Origin: Kudoa neothunni
Lineage: Eukaryota; Animalia; Cnidaria
Length of the DNA stretch: 64,000 bases
Assembly (NCBI GenBank): GCA_964304625.1
Contig: OZ199838.1
Span: 2,829,702-2,893,701 of the forward strand
Reading direction: 5' to 3'
Below are positions 1 through 13,198 of the stretch, in pieces; within the stretch, counting starts at the first letter, position 1; each line of letters begins with the position of its first letter. A program made the position numbers and the translations under genes. The notes under the pieces were generated by a model that saw nothing but the letters and a program-made list of their open reading frames with translations, had not been told where the DNA came from and searched no databases.

Positions 1-9
1 ATTTTTAAG

Positions 10-771
10 GTCACAACAGTGAAATAACCACCGCACATTATGGAACTGCTGAAAATATCGTTGTTAGTGGATCTGCAGACCAAACTATTCGTGTTTGGGA
101 CGTTAGAGAACCGAAAACTTCGGTTGAAATTTGTCATGCTCATAGCAAGTATTTCACAATTGTTAATATCGATTATTCACTCACTAAAAATACTATCATT
201 CAGTGTTGTCACTTCGGTTATCTCCATGCATTACAATGAGAACCTCATAGTTTCCTCGGGAAAGGATAAAATTGTGAGGGTATCCATCAAACAGATCTCA
301 CATCATCTATATTGTTGTTTAGATTTGGGACCGTAGGAATCTCACCCAATATGTGCATTCAAGCAAATTCGGATCTCCTATCAATAAGTGGGATTTTTTT
401 ACATTCTATTTTGTAACACTACTCAATTTAGAATATCTCTCTCATCAAAAGACTCCATGATATGCATCCCCGAGGATAATGGACACATCTGGCTTTGTAA
501 CGCCAAACTTGATCGACTGTGTCAGTTAGGTAGCACCATTTCTAAGGTGGGATGACGTAAATTTTTACCTTGGATTTGACTGTGGCTTTGTGTCTAGAAA
601 CGGCACAAAACAAGTGCACTCTGCAGCGACTGGATGGATCACTCGAGTTCGATCAATTGCTGTGACGATGAAAACACTTCCCGCTGTGTGACCAAGCTTA
701 TATCAGCCGACAACACCGGGAATTTGTATTGCTGGAAGGTTAATCTGATCGATAAATCTCATAACGATTAA
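10..771 (+). CDS. WDR37: WD40 repeat protein WDR37-like, 3' part (multi-exon, begins upstream of the window)
   Basis: Spliced exons give GHNSEITTAHYG..VVSGSADQTIRVWDVR, HSNVVTSV..IVSSGKDKIVRIWDRRN, ICIPEDNGHIWLCN and RHKTSALCSDW..LISADNTGNLYCWKVN, ending at TAA 769-771. These match the C-terminal WD repeats of WDR37 as I recall them (IALPHDNRQVRLFD, GHRRMVCCSAW). One frameshift near 366. Confidence 0.75.
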
Positions 772-3579
772 ATTCACGTTATATAATTTACGTGTTGTAT
801 ACACAACAAGAAATGGCTGATTGTTTATTAGTTTGATAGCTACCAACATATTTCTTGATAATTTTTTTATTTTATTGTCTTTCTTACAATAAGCCAATGC
901 ATATACCTTTGTGAATTTAACTGATTGACGTAATAATAGAGGCGATAGTGTTCTCTTTTAGAAACGACTTTTTTCGAGCCCAATAAAAGTGGTTAAATTA
1001 GTTTCAGTAATAAATTATTTATTATTGATATTAATTGTTATTATGTACCTAAAAACCCAATAACCATATCATTGAATCACCCAAATAAGCAACTCGATTA
1101 ATTATAAGTTTATTTAGTAGATATTAAACAATTTTTAAAGATAATAATCAGTGTATTTCTAGATAACCACCTTTATATTATATCATTAAAACATGCTGCA
1201 TGTATAAAAAATGTGATCATTGAAATTAATGTTATATAAATTTACAAAATCGATACATTGCTTGATTTATTAGTAATAAATGAGAAAATATATTAATTGT
1301 TATCTCTTTCAGATTATTACACACGAGGATATTGATTGAATAGGATTGTGGCAGCATGTTTCCTACATATAAAGATGCATTAACTAATATTTTTATTTTA
1401 CGCAGAAATATAAAAGTTTACAAATTTTTTAATTTTATTTATTAATTATTTTATTAATGATCGAAATACCTCCATTTAAAATAATTATCTGATTAATTAA
1501 CATTTTCGTACATGATTAAATTTCCTTCTCGCAGTTCCAATTTTTTTTAAATAATCAAAATAACGTAAATATTATTTTTATGAATATTTGGAATCAACAA
1601 TTTTTTTTTGCAAAAATTTGTCCATCCAAATGAATATTGATTGTCTCGCACCTTCTCAATTTAGTAGCCTATAATCACTATCGTATAATGGTTATAAGAA
1701 GTATGTGACACCAACAACGTCAAATATACATTTAAAAAAGAATAAATTTTTTTCATGGTTGTAACATCCAGTTTATAAAAATATACAAAGTAATTAGTCA
1801 ACAAGTAATTTTTAATAAATATTAAATTATAATGTTTATAATTTTATTTTTAAGGGAGAAATTGGTCTCTCGTAAAATATAATTTAACGGTATCAAAATT
1901 TATTTATTTATTTATTACAATTATATTTCATGCTAAAATAATTCGCTGAAAAACATTTAATGAGATTAATCGTTGTTTGGATTAAATCTTGAAATGAAAT
2001 AGAAATAGAAATAAAATAAAACCATAGTTTTCATCTCAAAGTTCTTTCGTTTACTTACTCATAGAAATTAAATATCTTGAGGTTTTGAATTTATTTTCCT
2101 TTTTTATAAAAATATTTCGATTCTTCCTTATTATTAAAAAAATTTACTTTAATTATTATTTTCTTCAGGTTGTTTATAATTTTACTCAGTTAACTAAAAA
2201 AATAATGAATTCTCTTTCGCAAGTTGTAGTACAAACTAAAAAAGTATACTGTAAGTCCAAAAGATAATTTAAAATAATCATTTTTTGAGAAAAATTATAT
2301 TCATCCTTAATATATTAATTATTTTATTAGTTCTTAATTGTCAAAATGTTTTAATTCCTAGTTTCTTTAAGTTGGCGTATGCAGCTGTCCCATAAACAAC
2401 ATAATTATACCACTATTTAATTCTATCATATTTTCTATTTCTATAATTTTTATTTTTAATTATTCTTGATTATTTAAGTGCTAGAAAAATTAAACAATAT
2501 ATCGATTATTCCGTTACATTCATTATATAAAGAATACTAAATCTTTTCAAAATGAAAGAAAATATGGAACCTACTTTAATATTTTAATCACAAATTAACT
2601 TTAGTCAGATTATCCAATCAAAATCATTCATAATGAATATAAAGACTATCAATTTGTAGTTGATTATGAAATAACACTCCTACAGAACCTATTTAAGCAG
2701 TAAAGTTCTGATTAGTCATGCCGGCTTTCTGAACGTTTTAGGTGCCACACCGAGCAACATGTAACCTCTCGCTTTATCTATCTTCGTAGCATAAACTCTA
2801 ACCACAGCTTTCATTCGGAATAGATACGTATAACTCTAAAGGGGCGATCTTACATATTTGATAACTGAACAACTGAGATGTTTGTTTAAAATCAAATATT
2901 TATATACTTGTATCATTTCTCCTCCGCTCTTTTACCGGAAAAGATTAGAAAGTTTCAGTTTGCCTAAATTCCCAAATTATTTCAACTTTAAATTCATGTA
3001 TGCATTCCTCACTTTAATTAAGCACGTTTCAATATTTTCTTAATAATCATTATAAAAAAATAAACATTTTGAAGATGATCTTCTAACTTGTACAATTAAT
3101 AAAATAATTTTAAATATAGCGTTATATTGTCGTCTTAAACTTAAACTAAAAAATTATCTTTATACTACAAAAAACCTAAATTTAAAAGGATTTTGTTATT
3201 TTTAGAATAAGCTAGACTTCAGATTTTTCAAAAAGATGTTAAAGTTCATTCGTTTTCTACTCGCGCTCAAAACGAGATTCCGTTTTTCTAATTAAATCAA
3301 AATTTCCTTGATGTACCACACAATTTGGCGTTTTTAGATATAATGGATTAAAAATAGATTGCATTCTCTATTGCAGTTTACGAGCTATTCGGCGAACTGG
3401 GTCAAGTGAGACTATTACGTTCACTTCTAGTATATACAAGGTTAACTGTCTAATCACAGAGATTCTCACTCCTTAATCTAAACTTAAGCAGATCGCATAT
3501 ATCTCAAATATACATATATAATATTTATAGCTGCATTATGAAATTCAATTTTAAGTTATTTTCGAAAAACACAAATTCC

Positions 3580-5498
3580 TCAAACAGCACTAGCAACATG
3601 ATTATATACAATTGAGTTGCTATAGATCAAGTATTTGGTCGGTAGATCACTTGGTGATAGAAATTTGATGCGATTTTTTGTAGTATCAACTTTGAGAACA
3701 ACCACAAATCCTAACACATTCTTATCAGTTAGTTGAGATTCATTTTCTGCGTTGATTACACCCAAAACATGATGAGTCATGTCGCTAGCTAATCAGAATA
3801 ACACAATGATAATTTTTTAAGAAAGTATAAGACCAATCAACATACTTGGAGTGAGTAAACGAGCGAGAATACGATTAGAATTTATGGTTGAACTATCGCC
3901 GGAAAATCCCAACGGTATACACGAATCCAACAGATTTATAGCTATAAAAATGCAGCAATTATTATAGTTTTTTTTAATGAATAAAATCGATTACGCGACA
4001 AACTGTATATGCTGACTTGATCAAAGGGAACTTTGATTATATTTGGAGCGTAATTGCCATCAATACCATAGAAATAGTTTTTTATCGCCAACATACGTCG
4101 ATAAGTGCGATTTTGTGTGCTTTTACCTACAATCTAGCGCACAATCGATTAATAAAACTGACACAGTCTAAATTCAGATATAAACAACCAAATACTCCGC
4201 TACTTTTGGGAAGTAGAACTGAATGAACCCCATCTATTGCACTGAGTTGAGTGTACAATCGTTCATTGTCCAAAACAATAATAACGTTAACTAAGTTCAG
4301 TTAGAAATAGGAAATTTGACTTCAAAACAATACCTTGGAACTCTTTGACTATGTGTTCGATCGCTTTCAAACCATTTCCCACAATATAACCACATGTGTT
4401 AATAATGCAGCCAGATCGTTTCACTTGTTAAAAATAAATGAAGCAATTAATATATTAACTAGTTTTAAGCTTTAATTACATCGTTTCGAAGACTCAAGCT
4501 TGGACAACACATTTTTAGCTAACATATTGGTGTAATGCTGGTAATTTTCGTAGCATTCATCCAATGATGCATCTCCCACAAAATAAGTCAATGGACATGA
4601 TATTTGTGAAAATTTTTCAGAGATTCCGAATGAATCCTGAAAATAAACTAATCGTAAAATTAAAATAGAGTTGGAGTATATCGTCCAAAAAATCAGTAAT
4701 ACTTTCGTCCATCAGATCGGTCACCTGTTTATCAATATAGGAAGCAGATACAGTACCAGGTATAGTTAAAGAATTCTATCGAATAACACCTACGCCGTTA
4801 TAACAATAAAACACAAATAATTACTTGCCCACAGTCCATATCCACATATACACATTGGTTGCCATTTCGTATAGAATAATTCAATAGAATTTGACACAGT
4901 GTACTTTTACCGGTGTCCTTCGCCCCACACACCAATACCTAACAACGATGATCTAGTCAAATCCACAACAAATTCAAAATTATTCACTCTCGGCCCTAAA
5001 GTATTTGATTCACCAGCTTGGTCGCGTAAATTCTTGATATAGTAATGGGTGTTGAGATAATGTAACATTGGTGATTCTTGTGCTAAATAGATCAAATCCT
5101 TTTGAGAGCTAGTGGTGAATGTTCCTTCGGTGAGTTTTTCAGTTGTTTCCAATGGAATACTCTTGGTAATCACAATAGCACTAGCCAAGAATGAATAGAA
5201 CAACAGTAACCAGCTTTCAGTGTATATTTCACATCGGGCACCAATTCGGTACCAAAAATCTCGGCATCGCCTGACACCAGCTATAATCAGACTTATAAAA
5301 ATAACTTTTGCAATATTACCACCAGTTGTAACGAGTTAGAATGGCCAACTTCAACTCGCAATTCACCATCTTTTGGAATCGACCATCTCTTTTCTAATTT
5401 ATCAGCATCTCCAATTTTTAAGTTCTAATTTATTTTTAAGAAACAACGTCTCGGAATGGATATACTATGATCGAATTCTGTGATTTCGCTTCTGCCAT
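3580..5498 (-). CDS. CLP1: Polyribonucleotide 5'-hydroxyl kinase / cleavage factor II subunit Clp1 (multi-exon)
   Basis: ELRVEV, LVSGDAEIFGTEL, ESPMLHYLNTH, GPR|VLVCGAKDTGKST (Walker A), YVDMDCGQ, SGCIINTCG and C-terminal NVLGFVVVLKVD..IKFLSPS, joined by short GT-AG introns. One frameshift near 5185. Confidence 0.93.
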
Positions 5499-7089
5499 AT
5501 TTGATAAACGAAGATCCCCGATTATTAAAAATATAAAAATGCAAGAATTTTTAAATTTATGCATTCATAAAAATTATATAATCCTTATTTAAATCGATAT
5601 TTATTTTGTTTTGATAAATATTGAAGAATTTTCACTAAATATCACATATGATCATATTTAGATAATGATCTACATTTGAGCCAGCGCCGATTTCCTTTAT
5701 TAGTTGTGGAGTGGGGATATTTTCATCAAAATATCTTTTAAACCAGGGATAAATTGAGTAACATTAAAATTAGATTTGGGGAATTTTTGCTCTATGAGTT
5801 TGTGACATACTTCTGGATTTCTGGGGAATTATATTATTCAGGACTGTTAAACTCAATTAGAATTAGGTAGCAATTCTTCAAATGTTTTTAGGAATAAGTA
5901 TTTGATAGCTATATATAAAACTATTATCTGTCTCCTTCTTTTATGCCTTGTTTATCTCTTAGAGGTGGAACCTAATAATAAATAATAATAATAATGCTTA
6001 AAATGACTATAGCCATGGTACATAATATTCAAGTGTTACTAATTGTGACTATTTTTAATCATTTCTAGCCCTAAGAGAAGAAATGGGAGAAAATAACTTA
6101 ATTTGGCAAACTCCAACAAATTTAATCGGTACACAGCTTGAGTAAGAGTTGATGGGATTAAAAATTGTCATTATGCAAGCGTGCGAACCTTTTAAGACCA
6201 GAATCTACCACTCAAATTCAAATAACCTCTGCTATAGCTATAAAAGTATAAAATCATAAATTAAATATGAATTTGGTTTTTAGGTTGAGGGGGTAAATTT
6301 GAATATAATGTTGAGAACTCCTGTTTTAAACCATTAAAAAGTGCATTAATTCTTTAAATCAGTTTATATAAAGCATTAAACGAATATTTTATTAATTATC
6401 ATACTTTTAGACATTGTGATTAACAAAATCTAAATTCATAATGTTTATTAAAGTTGGCAAAAATATCGAGAATTAATTGTTATAGCTCAAATTCATAGTA
6501 CCTAAATACACTTTTTCTGAAAAAATTGCGTAAAGCGTTATATCCATATAAATAATTAATTGGACTAAATAAATTTAAAACGAGCGCATTAAATTGAACA
6601 TTCGAAAGTTCAACTCAACGAAATCTAAAGACGCAGTCCTAGTATAGTTTTTAATTTGTCTGATTATAATATAAAAAATTAATTATTAATTAATTAATTA
6701 ATTAGGAAAATACGGACCTTTTTGTTATAGTTAAGACAATTGTTTCTAATTGTTTAAATAGTTCACTTAAAAAGTCCTAAAGTTTGCGAAAATATTTGCA
6801 AATTTTTTGGTTAAACTTTGCTTGGCATCACTGTTAGATCACCAAATTCCCTCAAATAATCCGAAATCACAATATTTACTACAATCACTATATATGATAA
6901 TATTTTTTTACTCCTCTTTGAATTTTTAATATTATTAATTTATGATTTATTTAATACAAGGTTTGAAAAATATATTATTGCTGAAATCCTTACGTAAAAC
7001 TTGGAAATATTAATAAATATTTTAAAATATTAACAATAAACGAATATATTAAATTTCACTAGACGATATTACGCATTTCATAAAATAAT

Positions 7090-8460
7090 ATGTTATAACA
7101 GTGCAATATTCCTCGATCAAGTTGCAAGTCACACGAGCGTTACAGTTCCATGGTGGGCGAAGAATCACCAAAAAACGGAAATAATGGAACATTCATTCAA
7201 AACAATGAAAATTAATTATTGCTTCTATCTCCATATTCGCAGTTTTTAACTCTATCGAAGATGTTTTTGTTCAACTTAAATCCATAGTAAAAAGAAGATA
7301 GTCAAAAAAAATAATGAAAATTTGAATGAGTGTATTGAGAAAAGCCAAGTGGAGGTTTTATCGACCTACAGTCGAACCCCGTTTATCCGAAAATCGCGCT
7401 ATCCGAACGATTTTTTAAGATTTATATGAAAATGATGTAGATTCTAAATAAAAACATTTTAGTTTAATCGAAACAAATTTTTGTTGGAATTTTCAGATAT
7501 AAATGTCACCCAAATTTATTTTTTTATTCATATGTTCGTTATTTTGTTCAATTTAAATCTATGTTTGATTATTAGAAACGACGTAAAGTAGATAATATAG
7601 TATTTTATGTTCAAAATGTAACCACGTTGATGATGAACAGATAAATGTTGAGAATGACAAATTCCCCTATATCTTTCCATGATTAATATAATATAAAAAT
7701 GGATTTTATGGGATTGTTTAATCATAAATTAACAGTGACTTCATAAGACCAATTTATCCGTGGAATTGACTCAACTCAACAATGTTCACACACTTGTTTT
7801 TCCTCATAAAATATCCCTTTTTAAGTCTTATTGCGTCGTAAGAATCATTAATCAATATTAAATTGTTACAATAAGCGATATTCTAAATTAAAGAGGTAAT
7901 TCTAAATATCGTTATGGAGAATTCTGAGAAAATACTCCCGATTGTTACTTTAATTATTCTTGCCATCATTGTTATTACAACTTACAGTATCGAAATAGGG
8001 AAGAGATTATAAAAAATTAGTAATAATAGTTCTTTTGGGGGGATTTAGAATGCGACATTCCTATATGGATATGGCGCAGTGGTGTTGAGGTCGCACGTAT
8101 CGATAGTATGCCTGCACCGACTATGTAGGATCTAGAAATACTTTACCTTAGGGTAACGTTTTCACATTGTATTCATTGGTATAACTTATATCACATAGAT
8201 TATATGCAATATTATTGTCTTTAAAAGTATTAAACAAACATTGAATAATAAAAAATAAAATATGTAACCAACTTATAATTTTTCTCCCTCGCGCGCGGGC
8301 ACTCATCGAACTTCGTCAAACCGAAATTTCAGTATCCGAAAGGAAAATGCCAGGTTCCAACATCTTTGGATAAACGAAGTTCGATTGTATTGCCAAAATT
8401 ATTTAGAACATTCTAAGTCTTACTCTCCCACTACTCTTCAACAGGAAAAAGTTAACATTT
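7090..8460 (+). pseudogene. Tc1/IS630-like transposase C-terminal relic, interrupted by the 7369-8387 element
   Basis: 7215-7300 reads LLLLSPYSQF(fs)NSIEDVFVQLKSIVKRR, resembling the LPPYSPFLNPIE motif. Coding-like sequence (YCQNYLEHSKSY) resumes right after the insertion at 8388. Confidence 0.6.
7369..8387. mobile_element. Non-autonomous pogo/Tigger-type element
   Basis: TA-flanked imperfect TIRs: CAGTCGAACCCCGTTTATCC on the left and CAATCGAACTTCGTTTATCC (reverse complement) on the right. Confidence 0.8.
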
Positions 8461-8895
8461 AGAATTATTTTGTGACATACAAATGTTTAATTCTTATTTT
8501 TCGTGTCGATTGAAGAAATTTTTACTTGTTAATTTTCATACAAATCATAAATTAGAGCATTATTACTTTGCATATTTAATATTTTTAATTAATAAATATA
8601 TTAAACGAATATTGGAAATATATGGATCAAAATTAATGTGAAATTGACGTAATTTCAACATTAAGATATAACTAATTTTTAATACGTCCAAAAATGTTTG
8701 AAAGGTTTTGTAATTTGTTTATTTATGTGATCGAAAAATATAACCACTTCAAGTGATGAACTAAGAGTAGATGCGAATTCAGAAAATAAAATTAAGTATA
8801 GTATTACAAATTCAATAAACTGATCCTTATGATGAAAAAATTCAGCTGAAAATGATACAATACACTTTTTATAAACAAAATATAGCGATATTATA

Positions 8896-10250
8896 TTAAT
8901 TCGATACAAAATGGAGCAGTAAAAGTGTGGACGTTAATGATATCAACATCATTATCACCCAACGTTGGTAGGAAGACAAACTTGCGGCAGCCTACCAACA
9001 TAACAATATAAACAAGTCAATAATAAAAATGTGGAATACTTTACGGACATGACGATTTCCTTCTGTGACATAGTCGTGTGATGTGACAGCATGTTCATGG
9101 ATTCGTTCAATTTGATCCGCCTACAATAAGCACATAAAACCAATAATTTGAATTTGTTGGTACTTGTTCCAATATTTTTTCAGAAAAAATTGTCTGCAAT
9201 TCTGAAATTTGATTAATTTGTTTCAGTATACTTCTAAAATTATTATTGATGGTGACATTTTTTTGTTGATAAACAAACGACACGCATAGTTATACTTGGT
9301 TTCTTGAGTGGTGTTAGTAAGTCTGTCATAAATCACCACATTTTGCTGATACTGCTGAGAGATATCATCCTGCTAATACTTGGATTTAATACATCATGGC
9401 GGATTCGAAATACCCCCAAATCAGTAACACTGCTATCCAACGATACATTCTCAGTTAAGCTTATTTTTTTGCTAACTGAAGCGACTGATTTTTTCTCAAA
9501 TGACTTAATTTCATTGGCTGTAAATAGGTAATTTGATTCTGTCAAATTATCTTAGGATAAACATTATGTGTTAGAAAATACATAGAATTTTGATTTGATA
9601 CACTTTTCATTCGCTCAGTCTTGATATCGGTGTAAAATTGAGTGACATCTTAGCGTTACAGTTAGTTAGTTAGTTAGTCCAGTGTTATAATTAATACTGA
9701 TTTACTTTGAAGATAGTTGTTTAAAATATCGATAATTGCCTTAATCATCTGTTCCAGCTGATCACACTTCCAATCACCATGATCTACCTTCACTATAATG
9801 CAAAATCAAGGATATACAAAAAATTAAAGATGTTAAAACCTTCATCATTCAACGAATCCACGGCACTCTTACTCATAAATATCAAATTCTCAGTCTTCTC
9901 CTCAAATTTGATCACTTCTGGAGCATTATTAGAACTCCTAAATTGGTTGGTGACGATTAACAGTTCGAATGCCATTCCAATCAAAAAAAATCTACATGTA
10001 CACTCCAGAATCCAACAACTCTTCCAATGAACTTTTTTATTATACTTTTTAAAGTTGTTACATTATTCTTCTAATGTGAAAAATTTAATTTCTCATGATT
10101 AATTTGATATATTAAATACTATATCATTTGCTCTTTTAAGAAAACCCCCAATTTATTGCATTTTCGCTTGTCTATAACCGCGCAATTTTCTTTATCAACT
10201 TTATTTGATGATTGTTTTACGAGAGTTTGGAATTGGAAGGTCACATCCAT
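8896..10250 (-). CDS. STX18: Syntaxin-18 (ER Qa-SNARE), multi-exon
   Basis: N-terminus MDVTFQFQTLVK. SNARE motif ISELQTIFSEKILEQ|ADQIERIHEHAVTSHDYVTEGNRHVRK. C-terminal transmembrane anchor YQRWVIMMLISLTSTLLLLHFVSN-stop. Two homopolymer frameshifts, near 10147 and 9208. Confidence 0.88.
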
Positions 10251-11329
10251 GCCCAACTTTACTTAATCCGGAGTGTCGGCATATTTCGGGTAATGAGTTA
10301 TCCTTTTTTTAAAACCCTTTAAACATATTTTTGATTCAATTTCGAATGTTGTGTTTTATTATTTGAATTTTTCATGAGATTGATAGCCAATATTTAAATA
10401 AGGAGCATTTTAAATAATGCTTGAAATTATCGGTTTAAAAATAGAAAAAAATTAATGTTGTTTAGTTATAATAAAATTATATTTGGATTTATACATTTTA
10501 AAGTATATTATTTTACATAAATGGATTATTAATTTTCGGAATTTTTGTATATGTGTAAATATTCGACACATTATAGGAATTGAATAATCCGTAAAATATT
10601 ATAGTTACAAGAACCAACATAGATTATTATTTCGATAGTAAAAATTGTTAAATTTGATTATTTCTAAGTTATTAACAATCTATATATTCTTGTCTGTCTT
10701 CTATCATATATTTTTATCCAATAACTCCATCAGGTTGAATGTTCTTTATTATTATTATTATTCTCTAAATAACTTCGTCCTAATTTCGCAATATTTTGTT
10801 TTTCGGAAATTATACCTCTAATGGGTTAAACTGAGAACCTAGATATATTATGGGATGAATATAAAAATAATTATACAATAGTTAACCGATTATTCGGATA
10901 TTCAGACATGTAATTTTAAGGATTAATACCTATAAAGACATTAAAAAAGTCAAACTGAATATTACGAAAATATATTGCTAAATTACGTAGAATATTCATG
11001 TATTGAATTTTGGTATATTTAATCCCGAATCTTCTATTCTATGTGAAAATTTTACGTGATCTTTTTGTGTGGCTAACCGTTTCAACCTACTTAGAACAAT
11101 TAAAGATGAATATCTATAAATTAATGATTATGATGATTTATCATGTAAAGAAGAAAAATTGAGGGGCTTTTCATTATTTTAACCTCCGACAGTTTCTAAT
11201 TTAGATCATTATTAAATAAAAAAATGAAAGCATAGGAAAGTGTACTAGAATCTTTTGAAAACGAAAAATATTATAATAGGGCATAGTCATAATTTAACAC
11301 GAAATCATTATAATGATTCAATTTAATGC

Positions 11330-13030
11330 GTTATAAAATTGCTGAGCTTTCTACGTTAGATATTATTAGCAAAGGAATGATTTGAGTCTGAAAGATTTGG
11401 GTGAGACATCATTTGGTTTTTTCAAAAGATTTAAATCATGGTCTAATATAGAATACATTGTTTTTTAATTATGATAAAATAGGTAATTGATACTTAGTGT
11501 TATTAGACTTGATTCAATAATATTTCTTGGTTGCGTCTACATCAGTGTTTCCCAACGTGGGGCGACCCCTCACCGGTGGAGCGTGGAAAATCCTGAGCAT
11601 TGATGTGACGTGGATAATGGTGAGATAATTTGGCAGGGTGACGCACATTGAAATAAATACTTAGATTTTTGATCTTGTTTATTTTTAAGCGAATGTTAAT
11701 ATCCAAATACAATACAAAAGCACTGATTAATTTATATAAAAAATATAAAAACGTTTAACATGGTTTTTGCTCAACAGAATCAAATTGGTTTTAATTCCAA
11801 TGTTGTCACATTTTTAACCGTGAATCACTATTTTTTTAACTTATCCAAAAACAATACTGATTAATTTTTAATATTAATTATTTAATTTCGGTTTATGAGC
11901 CCCAAATACAGAAAAATTTTGTCTGATGGGAGTTGGATTAACACAAGTTTCACTTAAAGCGGTTTTTGATTGAATGAGGATGTATAAATGTTAATTTTTA
12001 AGGTCCAACTATAAATTAAATTAGATCTGATCAAATCCATTTTAATTTTAATTCTAATGAAAAAGAAATATATATATTAGTCCTTTTCTAATTCTAATGT
12101 GGCATGAAGCTTGATTAAAAATTATAAGCAGTTTAAGTTAAAAATCAATACATTTGAAAAAGGTTGGGAAACACTGGTCTACATTATTGATAAAATGGTA
12201 ATATAGTTTCAGAGGAAATTAGGAAATCCACGTTCGTATCTTTATAAATGGTATTTTTAAGACATAATTGTCGCTTCTATAGAGAAATATAGCATTTAGA
12301 ATAGAAAGTTCAAAAACGAGAATAACTCTTCTTTTGAATGCTTCGGCGTCGAATGAAAAACTCGACCGCTTAGTTATTGATAATTACGGTAAACCTAGAT
12401 GTTTCAAAAATGTCAAAATTCTTACTGTTACCTATTAATTTAATAAAACAGCATATACGACTAGCCATATTTTCAAAGGATACATCATTAGTTTAAGTAA
12501 AAAAGATAGAAAGCTAAAAGTTTTTTATTTGTAAGCAATGCAATGATACATCTCATTTGAAAATGGATCCAACCAATATAAGAATGGATTCTCTTTCTCA
12601 GAATACGGCAAGTATATTGCAACCATTGAGTCAGGGAATCATTCATTTTCCAAAGTAATCCAGCTTATATAAGAGCCATGATAAAAATATTGATGGTTTT
12701 TGTTGAAGAAGACAACTACTAGATTTCTCTGATATTTGTTTTTTTTCAAAAGAAGTGTGTAATTTTGTTATTGGAATAAATGTTTAAATAAATCAAGTTT
12801 ACGTCATCTTCCGGTGATGCAATAGGTATTTCTCCAAAGAAAGAAAATACAGAAATCACAAAAAAATTATATGGATACCAAAAAATTTTCCATAATCTCA
12901 TTTTAACCAATTAATGAATTTACAACCGACGTAAAAGTCATTAAATTAAATGAGAATCAATTTGAAGATGAGATACAAACTCATAAACAAGTAAGCGAAA
13001 ATGTTTCTCAAAACGAGGAGGTTAAAGCTA
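11330..13030 (+). pseudogene. pogo/Tigger (DDE_1) transposase relic, interrupted by a hAT MITE
   Basis: RITLLLNASASNEKL, LVIDNYGKPRCFKNVK, NKTAYTTSHIF and QPLSQGII at 12315-12645 match Tigger motifs. A CENP-B-like WFxxFK relic lies near 11415. Boundaries approximate. Confidence 0.75.
11543..12176. mobile_element. hAT (Charlie/Buster-like) MITE, 634 bp
   Basis: Perfect 14-bp TIR CAGTGTTTCCCAAC and perfect 8-bp target duplication GTCTACAT (11535-11542 and 12177-12184). Confidence 0.92.
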
Positions 13031-13198
13031 GTTAGTAAATTAAATTAATTCTAAAAAAATAATAATAGTGAAAATTATAACTCAGTTTCAATGTTGGAAG
13101 ACACTATTTCCAATAGTTTTTTCAAAAATTTTTTTGTTCGCGGTCTGGAGATAATATATTACTTACAAATGGTTAGTTAAAACGATTTAAAAAATTAA

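Noticed and set aside
8068-8140. A-box-like ATGGCGCAGTGG
   Set aside because: No B-box or cloverleaf downstream, and it lies inside a transposon.
12336-12350. TGCTTCGGC resembling the U6 snRNA 5' end
   Set aside because: No ACAGAGA box follows. The sequence is part of the pogo transposase relic.
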